Of a DNA stretch of 64,000 bases, positions 18,562 through 28,054 are shown in pieces. The notes beneath the pieces were generated by a model that saw nothing but the letters and a program-made list of their open reading frames with translations, was not told the DNA's origin and made no database searches. The DNA lies in contig AP038806.1 in assembly GCA_047150005.1 (NCBI GenBank), positions 3,808,001 to 3,872,000 on the forward strand, given 5' to 3'. The DNA is from Nitrospira sp. GTDB taxonomy: Bacteria > Nitrospirota > Nitrospiria > Nitrospirales > Nitrospiraceae. Position numbers and translations under genes: made by a program. Position 1 is the stretch's first letter. Every line of letters starts with the position of its first letter.

Positions 18562-19422
18562 ATGGCGGTCGAAACAGGAACGGTCACGTCGTTGTGGAGG
18601 TATCCGGTCAAGTCCATGGGAGGAGAGGAATTGGCGGCGGCTGAAGTGACGGCGTATGGTCTGCTCGGCGATCGCGCCTATGCATTGATCGACAGTGCCG
18701 ACGGCAAGGCAGCCACCGCCAAAAATCCTGGCAAGTGGCCCACGATGTTCGCGTTCCGCGCCGCATTCGTCGAGCCTCCCAAGAAGGGCACGGCCATCCC
18801 CGCGGTCCGTATCACGCTGCCGAACGGAGAGACCGTCAACACGACAGCGGCTGAATGCGATCATGTCCTGTCACGAATCTTGAATCGGACCGTGACGGTG
18901 GCGAAGGCCGAGGGTGGCCGTGTGTCCGGCGTGCAGACGTCGCTACGGGCTTGGAGCGGGAAGTCGGAGGAATACCGCCTCGACATCGAAGGAATCGATC
19001 AGCGCGACAGCGTCCAGGATTTCACGCTTCCAACCGGCACGTTTTTCGATGGAGCCCTGGTTCATCTGGTGACCACCGCCACACTCAGCCGGCTTCATGA
19101 GCTCTATCCCAGCGGTCACTTCGAGGCGCCGCGCTTTCGTCCGAACGTGGTCGTGGATGTAGGAAGCGGGGAAAAGCGTTTCCTGGAACAGAGCTGGATC
19201 GGCCGAACCGTGGCGATCGGCGACGTGATGTTGAAGATTACAGACCCTTGTGCTCGCTGCGTCATGACGACACTCCCTCAAGGCGATCTTCCGAAGGACA
19301 CGGGCATCTTGAAGACGGCTGTCCAGCATAGTCAGGGCTATGTCGGCGTCTATGCCGCCGTTGTCAGCGAAGGAACGATCAAGCGGGGAGATACGGTCAG
19401 CGTCGGTGATGCGACGGCCTAG
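18562..19422 (+). CDS. MOSC N-terminal + MOSC domain protein (YcbX/mARC-like)
   Basis: LWRYPVKSMGGE, GDRAYA, RFRPNVV, PCARCVMTT. Confidence 0.92.
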   Translation: MAVETGTVTSLWRYPVKSMGGEELAAAEVTAYGLLGDRAYALIDSADGKAATAKNPGKWPTMFAFRAAFVEPPKKGTAIPAVRITLPNGETVNTTAAECDHVLSRILNRTVTVAKAEGGRVSGVQTSLRAWSGKSEEYRLDIEGIDQRDSVQDFTLPTGTFFDGALVHLVTTATLSRLHELYPSGHFEAPRFRPNVVVDVGSGEKRFLEQSWIGRTVAIGDVMLKITDPCARCVMTTLPQGDLPKDTGILKTAVQHSQGYVGVYAAVVSEGTIKRGDTVSVGDATA

Positions 19423-19747
19423 CAGAGAGATCGATGTCTCCCGCGCCGCTTCCATGAGATCAATCATGAGACCGCTCATGCATGGGACACATACCCGTAC
19501 TGTCTTGAGATTCCGTGTCGGTAACTGCAAAGTCAACGCCGTCAGCAGGTGATGGGCAAGTAGACGGCTGCTTCGTCCGCCACAATTGATCGGCCTCTTT
19601 TGCGCTGCCGCGATGTGAAACTCCGACCGATTGCGCGCCGGTTGCGCCGGTCGACATTACCTCTTACAATGCCTCGGAACATCGGCCTGTTCGATCACGG
19701 ACAGGACTTTCCGTATCGCTCACGTCGATCGTCTTCAACGGGAGGGC

Positions 19748-20317
19748 ATGATGCAGTCGGATGTGTTGAGCAAGCTCGGCCCGCTGGCGCCGCTGGCCGG
19801 CATCTGGGAGGGGCAGAAGGGCGAGGACGTCGCGCCCTCGGACGATCGGGGAACCGAACACAACAAGTTCCATGAACGGATGACGTTCGAGCCGATCCTT
19901 CCCGTGCAAAATCATGAACAGATGCTGTACGGCTTGCGCTATGCGACGGTGGCGCGGCGGATCGGAGAAACCAATCCATTCCATGAAGAGGTCGGGTACT
20001 GGTTGTGGGATCCGGCAGAACGGCAGGTGCTCCGATGTTTCATCGTCCCGCGCGGCATCGCACTGATCGTCGGAGGCACGGTGGAGCCGACGGCCACGGT
20101 ATTTACCCTGACGGCTGATGTGGAGTCGGACACGTATGGCATCTGCTCGAACCGCTTCCTCGATCGGGAATTCAAGACCGTGCGCTTCGAATTGACCGTG
20201 ACGATCTTCGATCGAGACCGGTTTCACTATAAGGAAAACTCGTTGCTCCGGATGCCGGGAAAGCCGGATCTGTTTCACCATACGGATCAGAACATGCTGA
20301 CGCGGGTGTCCGGGTAG
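19748..20317 (+). CDS. Nitrobindin/THAP4-like heme-binding beta-barrel protein
   Basis: LGPLAPLAGIWEG, FHEEVGYWLWD, C-terminal FHHTD.N.L. Confidence 0.8.
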   Translation: MMQSDVLSKLGPLAPLAGIWEGQKGEDVAPSDDRGTEHNKFHERMTFEPILPVQNHEQMLYGLRYATVARRIGETNPFHEEVGYWLWDPAERQVLRCFIVPRGIALIVGGTVEPTATVFTLTADVESDTYGICSNRFLDREFKTVRFELTVTIFDRDRFHYKENSLLRMPGKPDLFHHTDQNMLTRVSG

Positions 20318-20329
20318 AATCGTGACCCG

Positions 20330-20821
20330 CTAAGCGGCGCGGTCTCGGTCGGATTGGTCCGGACTCCCTTGGCACGTCCCGAGACGACGAGCCAAGACGG
20401 ACTGGATGCTCAGCAACTCGTCCTGGCCCACCGGATCGGCTTGGATGCAGCGATTGAGCGGGATACCGGCTGCTTCAATCTCAGGCTCGAATTTTCCGAT
20501 GTCGTCGTCGACCCAGAACCACTCGCGCCCGTTCAGCTTTTGCACGGCCTGCTGAACCCAGACCACTTTGTTCTCCAAGTTCGTCCAATTGGCGTGACGG
20601 AAGGGCGGGGGCTCGTCGTACTGTCCGAACTTCTCGCAATACAGTACCTTCAAGAGCGTCTTGATCTTCTCGGATTCCCACGAGGTCAACCATATGAGTT
20701 CGAAGTGCTCATGTGCCCAGGCAAGCCAGGACTTCACGCCGGGTCGGAGCTGAAACTCACCTGCATAGTCTCCGAACAGCACCCCATCGATGTCATGGAA
20801 CAGGATCGGTAAGCTTTTCAT
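20330..20821 (-). CDS. HAD-superfamily domain protein
   Basis: DIDGVL, WLTSW, WVDDD motifs. Confidence 0.78.
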   Translation of the reverse strand: MKSLPILFHDIDGVLFGDYAGEFQLRPGVKSWLAWAHEHFELIWLTSWESEKIKTLLKVLYCEKFGQYDEPPPFRHANWTNLENKVVWVQQAVQKLNGREWFWVDDDIGKFEPEIEAAGIPLNRCIQADPVGQDELLSIQSVLARRLGTCQGSPDQSDRDRAA

Positions 20822-20990
20822 ACGGCGCCTCCGGGATCACTCTAGCAGAAGCCTTCCGGGAGGACACCAAATTCACTGTTTGTTTTCTTTCGGCCAGTGC
20901 TCTTTCAGGTGTCACCTTTCTCCCGCCCTACGTTATGATTAAGTCGCCCGTCAGGACTATGCTTCGTTTGCCTGTGGTTCCGAATTGAGC

Positions 20991-22970
20991 ATGCCCAACG
21001 ACCAGCCCGTCGTCCCTGCCACGGTCACGCTGCCTGAAATCACCGCCAAAGCGGTCGTGCTGTCGATCATCCTCGCGGCGGTGCTGGCCGCCGCCAACGC
21101 CTATCTGGGCCTGTTCGCCGGCATGACCGTCTCCGCATCTATTCCAGCCGCCGTCGCCTCCATGGCCATTCTTCGGCTCTTCCGGCAATCGAACATTCTC
21201 GAAAACAATATCGTGCAAACCGCCGCCTCGTCCGGCGAAGCGCTCGCGGCCGGGGTGATCTTCACGATTCCCGCTCTGCTGTTGGTCGGCTATTGGTCCG
21301 CCTTCGACTACTGGCAGACCGCCGTGATCGCCATGGTCGGCGGACTTCTCGGCGTACTCTTCACCATTCCATTGAGAAGGGCGCTCATCGTCACGGCTCA
21401 CCTGCGGTTTCCCGAAGGGCTGGCGACGGCGGAGGTCTTGAAGGTCTCGGCAGGGAACCGGGACGAGGATAGGCGAGGCTCGTCGGCCGACTTCACGGCT
21501 CTGGCCATCGCCTCCGCCATCGGCGGAGCGGTGAAGTTCTGCGAGAGCGGCTTGCGCCTGTGGGCCGAATCGGTCGAAGGGGCGGCGCAGGTGGGGCGAA
21601 CAGTCCTCTACACCGGCATCAACCTGTCGCCCGCGCTGCTCGCCGTGGGCTTCATCATCGGCTTCCAGACGTCGGTGGTCGTGTTCGCCGGCGGCGTGGT
21701 CGGCTGGCTCGTCCTGATGCCGGCATACGGACTGTTGAATGGGCTACCGCCTGATCTCACGGACTTGGCCGCGGCCAGGACGATCTGGAGCCAGCACATC
21801 CGCTACGTGGGTATCGGCGCGATGCTGGTGGGCGGCTTGTGGACACTGACGAAGCTGCGCGAGCCTGTCTGGAAAAGTGTGCAGACACTCCGTGACAGTT
21901 ATCAGACTTCCCGCATCGCGCAGGCCGATGCAGCCATGCCACGGACGGAGCAGGATGCGTCGCTGCCGTGGATCGTCATTCCGTTCATCCTCTCGCTGCT
22001 CCCGATGGCCTGGATCTATTCACGCGTCGTGGACAGTCTCTCGATCGGCCTGGTGATGACGGTCGTGATGGCGCTCGCGGCTTTTCTCTTCTCCTCGGTC
22101 GCGGCCTACATGGCGGGACTGGTCGGGAGTTCGAGCAATCCCGTCTCGGGCGTGACGATCGCGACGATCATGCTGGCGGCTTTGTTGCTCGTCCTGTTCA
22201 TAGGCGCAGGCCATCCAGCTGGTCCCGCGGCGGCGCTGGTCATCGGAGCGGTGGTGTGCTGCGCTGCCGCAATGGGAGGAGACAACCTCCAGGATCTCAA
22301 GACCGGCCATCTGGTCGGCGCCACCCCCTGGAAGCAGCAGATCATGCAGGTTGTCGGTGTGGTGACCGGCGCCCTCATCCTGGTTCCGGTGCTGTCCCTG
22401 CTCCACGCGAAGTACGGTATCGGCGAGCCGACGGCTGTGCATCCGCATCCGTTGAGCGCACCCCAGGCTACATTGATGGCGAGCCTCACACGCAGCGTCT
22501 TTGGAGTGGGATTGCCATGGTCTCTGGTCGGATTCGGCGCCGCGATCGGCGTCCTGGTGATCCTCTTAGACCGAAAGCTGGAGGCGCGCGGGAGCGACTT
22601 CCGTCTGCCGGTCCTCGCAGTCGCTCTCGGCATCTACCTGCCGCTCAAACTGTCGGCCGCCATCGTTGTCGGCGGCGTCATCGCCGCCTTGGCCGACCGG
22701 ACGGCACGCGGGGGAGAGGAGTCCTCACGCTCGGGCCTGCTGTTTTCAGCCGGATTGATTACCGGAGAAGCCTTGATGGGCATTTTACTCGCCATGCCCA
22801 TCGCACTCGCCGCGGTGTTTCCCGGCCTCTCCGCCGATCCCTTCACGCTCTTCGATGCACCTCCGGCCGGAGGCTGGCCAGGCCTCGCGATTGTGTCACT
22901 GATCGGAGTGCTGCTCTACCGCATTACGACAAGGAGAGTGACACCGGCGCGCGGCGCGCGGCGGTCCTGA
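20991..22970 (+). CDS. OPT family oligopeptide transporter
   Basis: NAYLGL..G.TVSASIPAAV, ENNIVQT, FPEG.ATAEVL, DNLQDLKTG.LVGATPWKQQ. Confidence 0.95.
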   Translation: MPNDQPVVPATVTLPEITAKAVVLSIILAAVLAAANAYLGLFAGMTVSASIPAAVASMAILRLFRQSNILENNIVQTAASSGEALAAGVIFTIPALLLVGYWSAFDYWQTAVIAMVGGLLGVLFTIPLRRALIVTAHLRFPEGLATAEVLKVSAGNRDEDRRGSSADFTALAIASAIGGAVKFCESGLRLWAESVEGAAQVGRTVLYTGINLSPALLAVGFIIGFQTSVVVFAGGVVGWLVLMPAYGLLNGLPPDLTDLAAARTIWSQHIRYVGIGAMLVGGLWTLTKLREPVWKSVQTLRDSYQTSRIAQADAAMPRTEQDASLPWIVIPFILSLLPMAWIYSRVVDSLSIGLVMTVVMALAAFLFSSVAAYMAGLVGSSSNPVSGVTIATIMLAALLLVLFIGAGHPAGPAAALVIGAVVCCAAAMGGDNLQDLKTGHLVGATPWKQQIMQVVGVVTGALILVPVLSLLHAKYGIGEPTAVHPHPLSAPQATLMASLTRSVFGVGLPWSLVGFGAAIGVLVILLDRKLEARGSDFRLPVLAVALGIYLPLKLSAAIVVGGVIAALADRTARGGEESSRSGLLFSAGLITGEALMGILLAMPIALAAVFPGLSADPFTLFDAPPAGGWPGLAIVSLIGVLLYRITTRRVTPARGARRS

Positions 22971-23033
22971 ACAGGATCTCCACCATGCAATCGGCCGGCG
23001 AAACAAGTACACTGCCATGAGTTGGAGGCATAC

Positions 23034-23312
23034 ATGGCACGATCCAGACGACCCGAACTCGAAAAGGACAATCCGTCGGCCCCGGAGGTCTACGTGGGAC
23101 GGCGGCGAAAGGGTAAGAATCTTCGCGGAGAGGGCGGCACCGGCATCATCGAGACGTTGGAGCACCTGGCGGATGCAGCGGAGCGGTTCGTGAATCGAGT
23201 CCCGCGACTGCGGAAGCACGAAGCGGACCGACAGGCGCTGCTGGATGCCATCACGCAGGCGCAGCTGACCTTGTCGGTCCAAATCGTCTCCTCCCACAAA
23301 CCTGTTCACTAG
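23034..23312 (+). CDS. Hypothetical protein
   Basis: GGAGG RBS; 92-aa ORF. Confidence 0.6.
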   Translation: MARSRRPELEKDNPSAPEVYVGRRRKGKNLRGEGGTGIIETLEHLADAAERFVNRVPRLRKHEADRQALLDAITQAQLTLSVQIVSSHKPVH

Positions 23313-23372
23313 ACCGGCACGGTACCCGATGCCGCGTGGTCACCTCGTACCGAGAGGCTCGGAACGGAGGGC

Positions 23373-23741
23373 ATGATGTCCGGACGATACAGCTGGCGGG
23401 CCGGACGGTATCTCAAGGACAAGGAGCGACTGAACCGCCTCCTCGGCGAAGCCCTATCGATGGCACGGGCGAGGGGCGGAGCCATCTGGACGGACATCCA
23501 TCTGTTGGCCAGATTGCTCAAGGCCTGGATGAACGGCGCCTACAAGGGAGTCTCCCTGCAGACATTGGTGGCGATCGTCGCGTCGTTGCTCTATTTCATC
23601 AATCCGCTCGACGTGATTCCCGACTTCGTCCCGGGGCTGGGCTATGTCGATGATGCGGCGCTGATCGCCTGGCTGTTGAAGAGCTTGGCAGGGGATCTCG
23701 ATCAATTCACGAACTGGGAGAACGGCAGCGAAAATCTGTAG
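23373..23741 (+). CDS. YkvA/DUF1232 family protein
   Basis: LLYFINPLDVIPDFVPGLGYVDD. Confidence 0.9.
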   Translation: MMSGRYSWRAGRYLKDKERLNRLLGEALSMARARGGAIWTDIHLLARLLKAWMNGAYKGVSLQTLVAIVASLLYFINPLDVIPDFVPGLGYVDDAALIAWLLKSLAGDLDQFTNWENGSENL

Positions 23742-23784
23742 CGACTTGCACCAGGCCGGATCAGCCGGCCGCACACAGCGGACT

Positions 23785-24135
23785 CTATCTTGCGCCACCC
23801 GCTGTCGGCTGGTAATAGAGGCGGTCGAAATAGGATTCCCCGCCTTGGGTCATGTTGCCGTAGTTGCCCATCGTGCGCATCCGCTTTTCCCTGTCGGCCC
23901 GTTCCTTGTCTTCTTCCTCGGCCCTGCGATTGAAATAATCGGTCGTCGCCTCGAAGCTGGTCATATCGGCGAGATTCTTGCCCCCGATATGGTCCACGCC
24001 GGACGCTCTCCCGCTGGAGCCGCTCCCCAAGTAAGATGATTGCACCACCATCTGACCGTGGGCCGACGGGACAGTGCAGGCTCCGACTGCGAACGTAAGA
24101 ACAAGACTGACCAGGAGGCTGAGGGAAAGCATCAT
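23785..24135 (-). CDS. Hypothetical lipoprotein
   Basis: Hydrophobic N-terminus with VGAC lipobox-like motif. Confidence 0.65.
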   Translation of the reverse strand: MMLSLSLLVSLVLTFAVGACTVPSAHGQMVVQSSYLGSGSSGRASGVDHIGGKNLADMTSFEATTDYFNRRAEEEDKERADREKRMRTMGNYGNMTQGGESYFDRLYYQPTAGGAR

Positions 24136-24213
24136 CGTGGGTCCATTCCTTTCTTGACTACTCTAGAGCGGACAGGCTGAACCGAAATACCGCCGTCTTG
24201 GTTGCCGGTACGG

Positions 24214-24414
24214 TCACTGAGCGCGAAGCGTGGTCGCCAGGCCCAAACTGTTCCGGCTCAGCTTGATACGGCCGGTACGGCCCAGACGATCGACTTCGTG
24301 AAACACTTCGAACCAGCTCAACCCCGGCAGGCTACGGATCAATTGTCCTAAGGCGCAGTCCGGATGGGCCTTCACGGCTTCGAGAATCTGATCGGCAGCA
24401 GTATGTTGGTCCAT
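24214..24414 (-). CDS. Small winged-helix-like hypothetical protein
   Basis: 66 aa; ILEAVK..PDC.L..L...LPGLSW..VF.EVDRL.R.G.I.L. Confidence 0.65.
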   Translation of the reverse strand: MDQHTAADQILEAVKAHPDCALGQLIRSLPGLSWFEVFHEVDRLGRTGRIKLSRNSLGLATTLRAQ

Positions 24415-24932
24415 ATCGTCCCACTGGCTCTGAGCAATGCGTGAGTGTCTGAACTCACAATTCTTCAAATCTTCAAATGCGCAAATCGTGTGCAAATCGC
24501 GGTCCTGCGGCTGATGGTGAGCAGACCGATTGAACGGCTGTAATTCCGCATAATTATGGCGGTCGGCCCTTTAGGCGTTTGGCTACCGGCACACATCAGG
24601 CATTTTCGCTCACGTCCCGTTGAGCGGAATCGCTCGGATCTATGGCTCTCACCTCTCACACAATCGATGCCTTTGCCCGGCTCGGTCTGTTCGGTCTGTA
24701 TGGGGCCGACAGGTCGGGATCGGACGTTCGCCAATTCACGGCTTCGAGCGGAACATGCATCCCGGTCGGAGCCATGCGGGGATCGAACAGACATTCTCAG
24801 GAGCAGCCGTAACCATGAACAGGGCTGGATCCGTGCTGACACCGCCCGGCGTCTCGTAGTGGTCGAGGCTCGCGATCATGAGGCGAAATACTGACTCGGG
24901 TAGGGTACAGAACGGGGAGAGACGACGTGGGC

Positions 24933-25493
24933 TCAGGCGAACCGGAAAGCCGGCCGCCTAAGCGAGAACACCGACCAGGTCAGATGTTTGAAGATGATGA
25001 TCTGGAGACGCCGTCGTTCTTCCGGCGTGACAGAGAGGAACTCGGCACCGAACGTACGGCAACCGACGTGACGCACGGTGGTCCCAATGAGCCGTAGGGG
25101 AGGCCCTCCGTCCCTGAGATAGAGAACGAGCGTGATTTGGCTCCCTCGATAGGGCGGTGTGAGGCTTGCGACCTGGCAGCCGGTCTTGGAAAGATCGACG
25201 AGCGTCCCGTCGAGCTGGGCCACGGACCCATGGATTTCTTCCGACGTGAAGCTCACCGGGCAATCCACGGGCGCCCGTTCGGCGCCCCGGCGATCCATCC
25301 CATCCCCATCCCCGTCTTGTGCATGAGATCTGCGCTGCCCCTCGTGCCCGTCTTGCGCCAATGCCTCCACGACCCTTTCTTGAGCTGAAACCGGCTCCTC
25401 CAGTTTAACCGTCACATCGATTGGAGTGGTGTCCATCTGCGTCACCTTCATGTGTCTGCCTGCACCGAGTACCGCGTGCAGATGACGATACAA
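24933..25493 (-). CDS. PilZ domain protein
   Basis: RRGAER (RxxxR) and DLSKTG (D/NxSxxG); start uncertain. Confidence 0.85.
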   Translation of the reverse strand: MYRHLHAVLGAGRHMKVTQMDTTPIDVTVKLEEPVSAQERVVEALAQDGHEGQRRSHAQDGDGDGMDRRGAERAPVDCPVSFTSEEIHGSVAQLDGTLVDLSKTGCQVASLTPPYRGSQITLVLYLRDGGPPLRLIGTTVRHVGCRTFGAEFLSVTPEERRRLQIIIFKHLTWSVFSLRRPAFRFA

Positions 25494-25740
25494 CCGTCAC
25501 CTCCCTGTTGCTTTCCCTAAGGAGAGGGGTGTGATCCCCCTCCAATGGGGAAGACGAAACCTTGTAGTGTCTCGCGATCGCCGCGGCGGGAAAACTCGTG
25601 AGATCCCCATGTCCTTCCTTCACCGAACCGAACCCTGTAAGATGCTCTTGTCGCCCGTCCTGATGCGGTCGCACCCGGTACGGATTGCCGCAGAGGTCGG
25701 ATGACGATCTTTATCAACCATTCATCGACATGGGGGATTC

Positions 25741-26148
25741 ATGATAGTCATGTATCGGGTGATCGGTTTGGCGCTATGTGCTTTCTTGTGGACCGGATCG
25801 GGATGGGCGGCCGACCCAGCGGACGTGGAAAAATTCGTGAAAGCCCGCATCGAGATCGGGGAGATGATGACCAACTATTTTGCCGGCGGGGGTAGCAACG
25901 GCGCCGGGCAACGGCCCTCGCCCGAACAGATGCAGGACATGCGGGCGGACATCAACGCGAAGCTCGGCAAGGTCCTGGCGAAGTATGACTTGACCGTCGA
26001 GGAGTACCGCGCGCGCAGCAAGGAAGTGTTTGCCGACGAAGTCGGCGTGAAGAGCTTTCTCGACGCGCATCCCGATCTGAAGCAACGATACGATGCCCTG
26101 CCGCTCGACCGCATGGGGCGCGGTGGAGGATCGGGAAGAGGATACTGA
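25741..26148 (+). CDS. Hypothetical exported protein
   Basis: Signal peptide ending WAA; helical body. Confidence 0.75.
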   Translation: MIVMYRVIGLALCAFLWTGSGWAADPADVEKFVKARIEIGEMMTNYFAGGGSNGAGQRPSPEQMQDMRADINAKLGKVLAKYDLTVEEYRARSKEVFADEVGVKSFLDAHPDLKQRYDALPLDRMGRGGGSGRGY

Positions 26149-26169
26149 GTGAAATCGAGGGAACGAGCC

Positions 26170-27171
26170 ATGCGAGCCGGATGGGCACATTGCTGCCTTG
26201 TTTTGCTCTGTCTCATGGCATGGCCGGGCGCCGCGGAACCAACCGAGCCGGAACCGGGCCAAGGAACCTGGCGAACGGCCGCGCCGGCCCCGTTGAAACG
26301 GACAGAGGCAGTCGCCGCCTCGGTGAACGGCAAGATTGACGTCGTGGGAGGATTCGAGCCGCCCGGTTTGGGTAACCTCCTCAAACTGGCGATCACGTCG
26401 GCGGTCGAGGAATACGACCCTCTATCGGATCGATGGACTGCAAAAGCCTCCATGCCGATGGGACTACACCACGTGGGCATTGGAGTGGCCGGGGGCATCG
26501 TGTACGTGATCGGCGGCTACAGGCAATCGGGCCTGAGCGTCTGGCAACCGGTCGCCTTCGTCTATGCGTATGATCCGAGCACGGACGTCTGGACCGAGCG
26601 CACACCCATGCCGACCGCCCGCGGAGCCTTGGCAGTGGCGGAGTTCGGCGGAACGCTCTACGCGGTCGGAGGCTTCGGCGAGAAGGGCAATAGCGCGGCG
26701 GTCGAGGCCTACGATCCGGCCAGCGACCGGTGGGTGTCTCGGGCACCCTTGCCGACTCCTCGAGACCATCTGGCTGTCACGACCCTTGGCGAAAAGATCT
26801 ACGCGATTGGGGGTCGGCTCAACGGCGACTACCAGCGAAACCTCGCCGTCACCGAAATCTACGATCCTGCCTCGGATCGATGGGAGGCGGCACCGCCGCT
26901 GCCGACCGCTCGCAGCGGGATCGCGGCAGTCTCGCTCACGAACAGGCTCTATGTGTTCGGGGGCGAAGGCCCCGAAGGCACGTTCCGCGAGAATGAAGCG
27001 TTCGATCCGGCGCGGCGCACGTGGCAAGTGATGGCCCCGATGCCGACCGGACGGCATGGTCTGGGAGCCGCCGGGCTCGACGGGGGGATCCACGTCATCG
27101 ACGGAGGCCCGACCCCTGGCGGCTCCTTCAGCAATCTGCACGAGGTCTTTACGCCACCGGCTGCCCACTGA
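26170..27171 (+). CDS. Kelch-repeat beta-propeller, exported
   Basis: Six repeats of Y.IGG...YDP..D.W....PMPT.R. Confidence 0.92.
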   Translation: MRAGWAHCCLVLLCLMAWPGAAEPTEPEPGQGTWRTAAPAPLKRTEAVAASVNGKIDVVGGFEPPGLGNLLKLAITSAVEEYDPLSDRWTAKASMPMGLHHVGIGVAGGIVYVIGGYRQSGLSVWQPVAFVYAYDPSTDVWTERTPMPTARGALAVAEFGGTLYAVGGFGEKGNSAAVEAYDPASDRWVSRAPLPTPRDHLAVTTLGEKIYAIGGRLNGDYQRNLAVTEIYDPASDRWEAAPPLPTARSGIAAVSLTNRLYVFGGEGPEGTFRENEAFDPARRTWQVMAPMPTGRHGLGAAGLDGGIHVIDGGPTPGGSFSNLHEVFTPPAAH

Positions 27172-27415
27172 GTCCTTGCTCATAGAATCAAAATAGATCC
27201 TCGCTGAATCAAAATATTCTCGGCTCCTGCATCTTCCACGTTCTACGTCGCATCCTCGTCATGCACATTCCCGCTGATTTCTCTCGGCTCTATAAGAGTA
27301 ACCTTGTCTTCGGGTCAGGGCATTGGAGTTGCAGGTTTATCTTGTTGTCACATTCGGGGTTTGTTCTCATCATGATATCGGAATTGACAGGGACCGGCCG
27401 ATAAGGTGATTTCCC

Positions 27416-28042
27416 ATGTTCCATGACTCGTTCCTGCGTCATTCCGGAAAGGGTCGGCCCTGCCCTTACTGTTCTTCGACCAAGACCAACGAGGTCAGTC
27501 AATACCTGCTTGGGTGTTCACACCTGGCGCTGCAGCGCTGCGGGGATTTCCTATTGGAGGCCGCGACCCGGTTTGACGCAGAAGACGAGGATGCGGCGCT
27601 GGAGCAGGCCATCTATGCGCGTGAGGAGTTGGACCGGTCGCGCTATCTGGAAGATCAATGGAGGGTGGGCCTGACCAGCGCCGCCGTTTCGGTGAAGGAC
27701 ATCGAAACCCACTTAAAGGAGCACCTGGAGAAACAGGAACGCAGCAGAGGCGGGGTTCAAGTTCCGCTCAGAGCCGCGGCTACCGGCACCTCCGCGTCGG
27801 AAAGTCGGACCGGCACCCAGGACGCCGGTGAGGAGGATCGGCCGCGCAGGAGGGAAGCGATCCGCCAATACATGCTGGACGTGATCGGCATCTACACCTA
27901 TCGCTGGGACCGGCTGCAGAGCTTCGATTTGCTGAACCTCTCCGACCCGGAGCTGGCCCACGCCTATATGCGTCTGAGCGACCGCCTGACTTTGCCGGCG
28001 CCTCCCGACATGGCACCCGCCCGCCGCGCAAGAACGGTCTGA
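27416..28042 (+). CDS. Hypothetical protein with CPYC motif
   Basis: AAGGTG RBS; 208-aa ORF. Confidence 0.6.
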   Translation: MFHDSFLRHSGKGRPCPYCSSTKTNEVSQYLLGCSHLALQRCGDFLLEAATRFDAEDEDAALEQAIYAREELDRSRYLEDQWRVGLTSAAVSVKDIETHLKEHLEKQERSRGGVQVPLRAAATGTSASESRTGTQDAGEEDRPRRREAIRQYMLDVIGIYTYRWDRLQSFDLLNLSDPELAHAYMRLSDRLTLPAPPDMAPARRARTV

Positions 28043-28054
28043 GCCGGCAGAGGG

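Noticed and set aside
24556..24894. 112-aa ORF with CSVC
   Set aside because: No RBS, atypical composition; probably spurious
26260..27160. Periodic nucleotide similarity
   Set aside because: Explained by Kelch protein repeats; not a CRISPR or DNA repeat array
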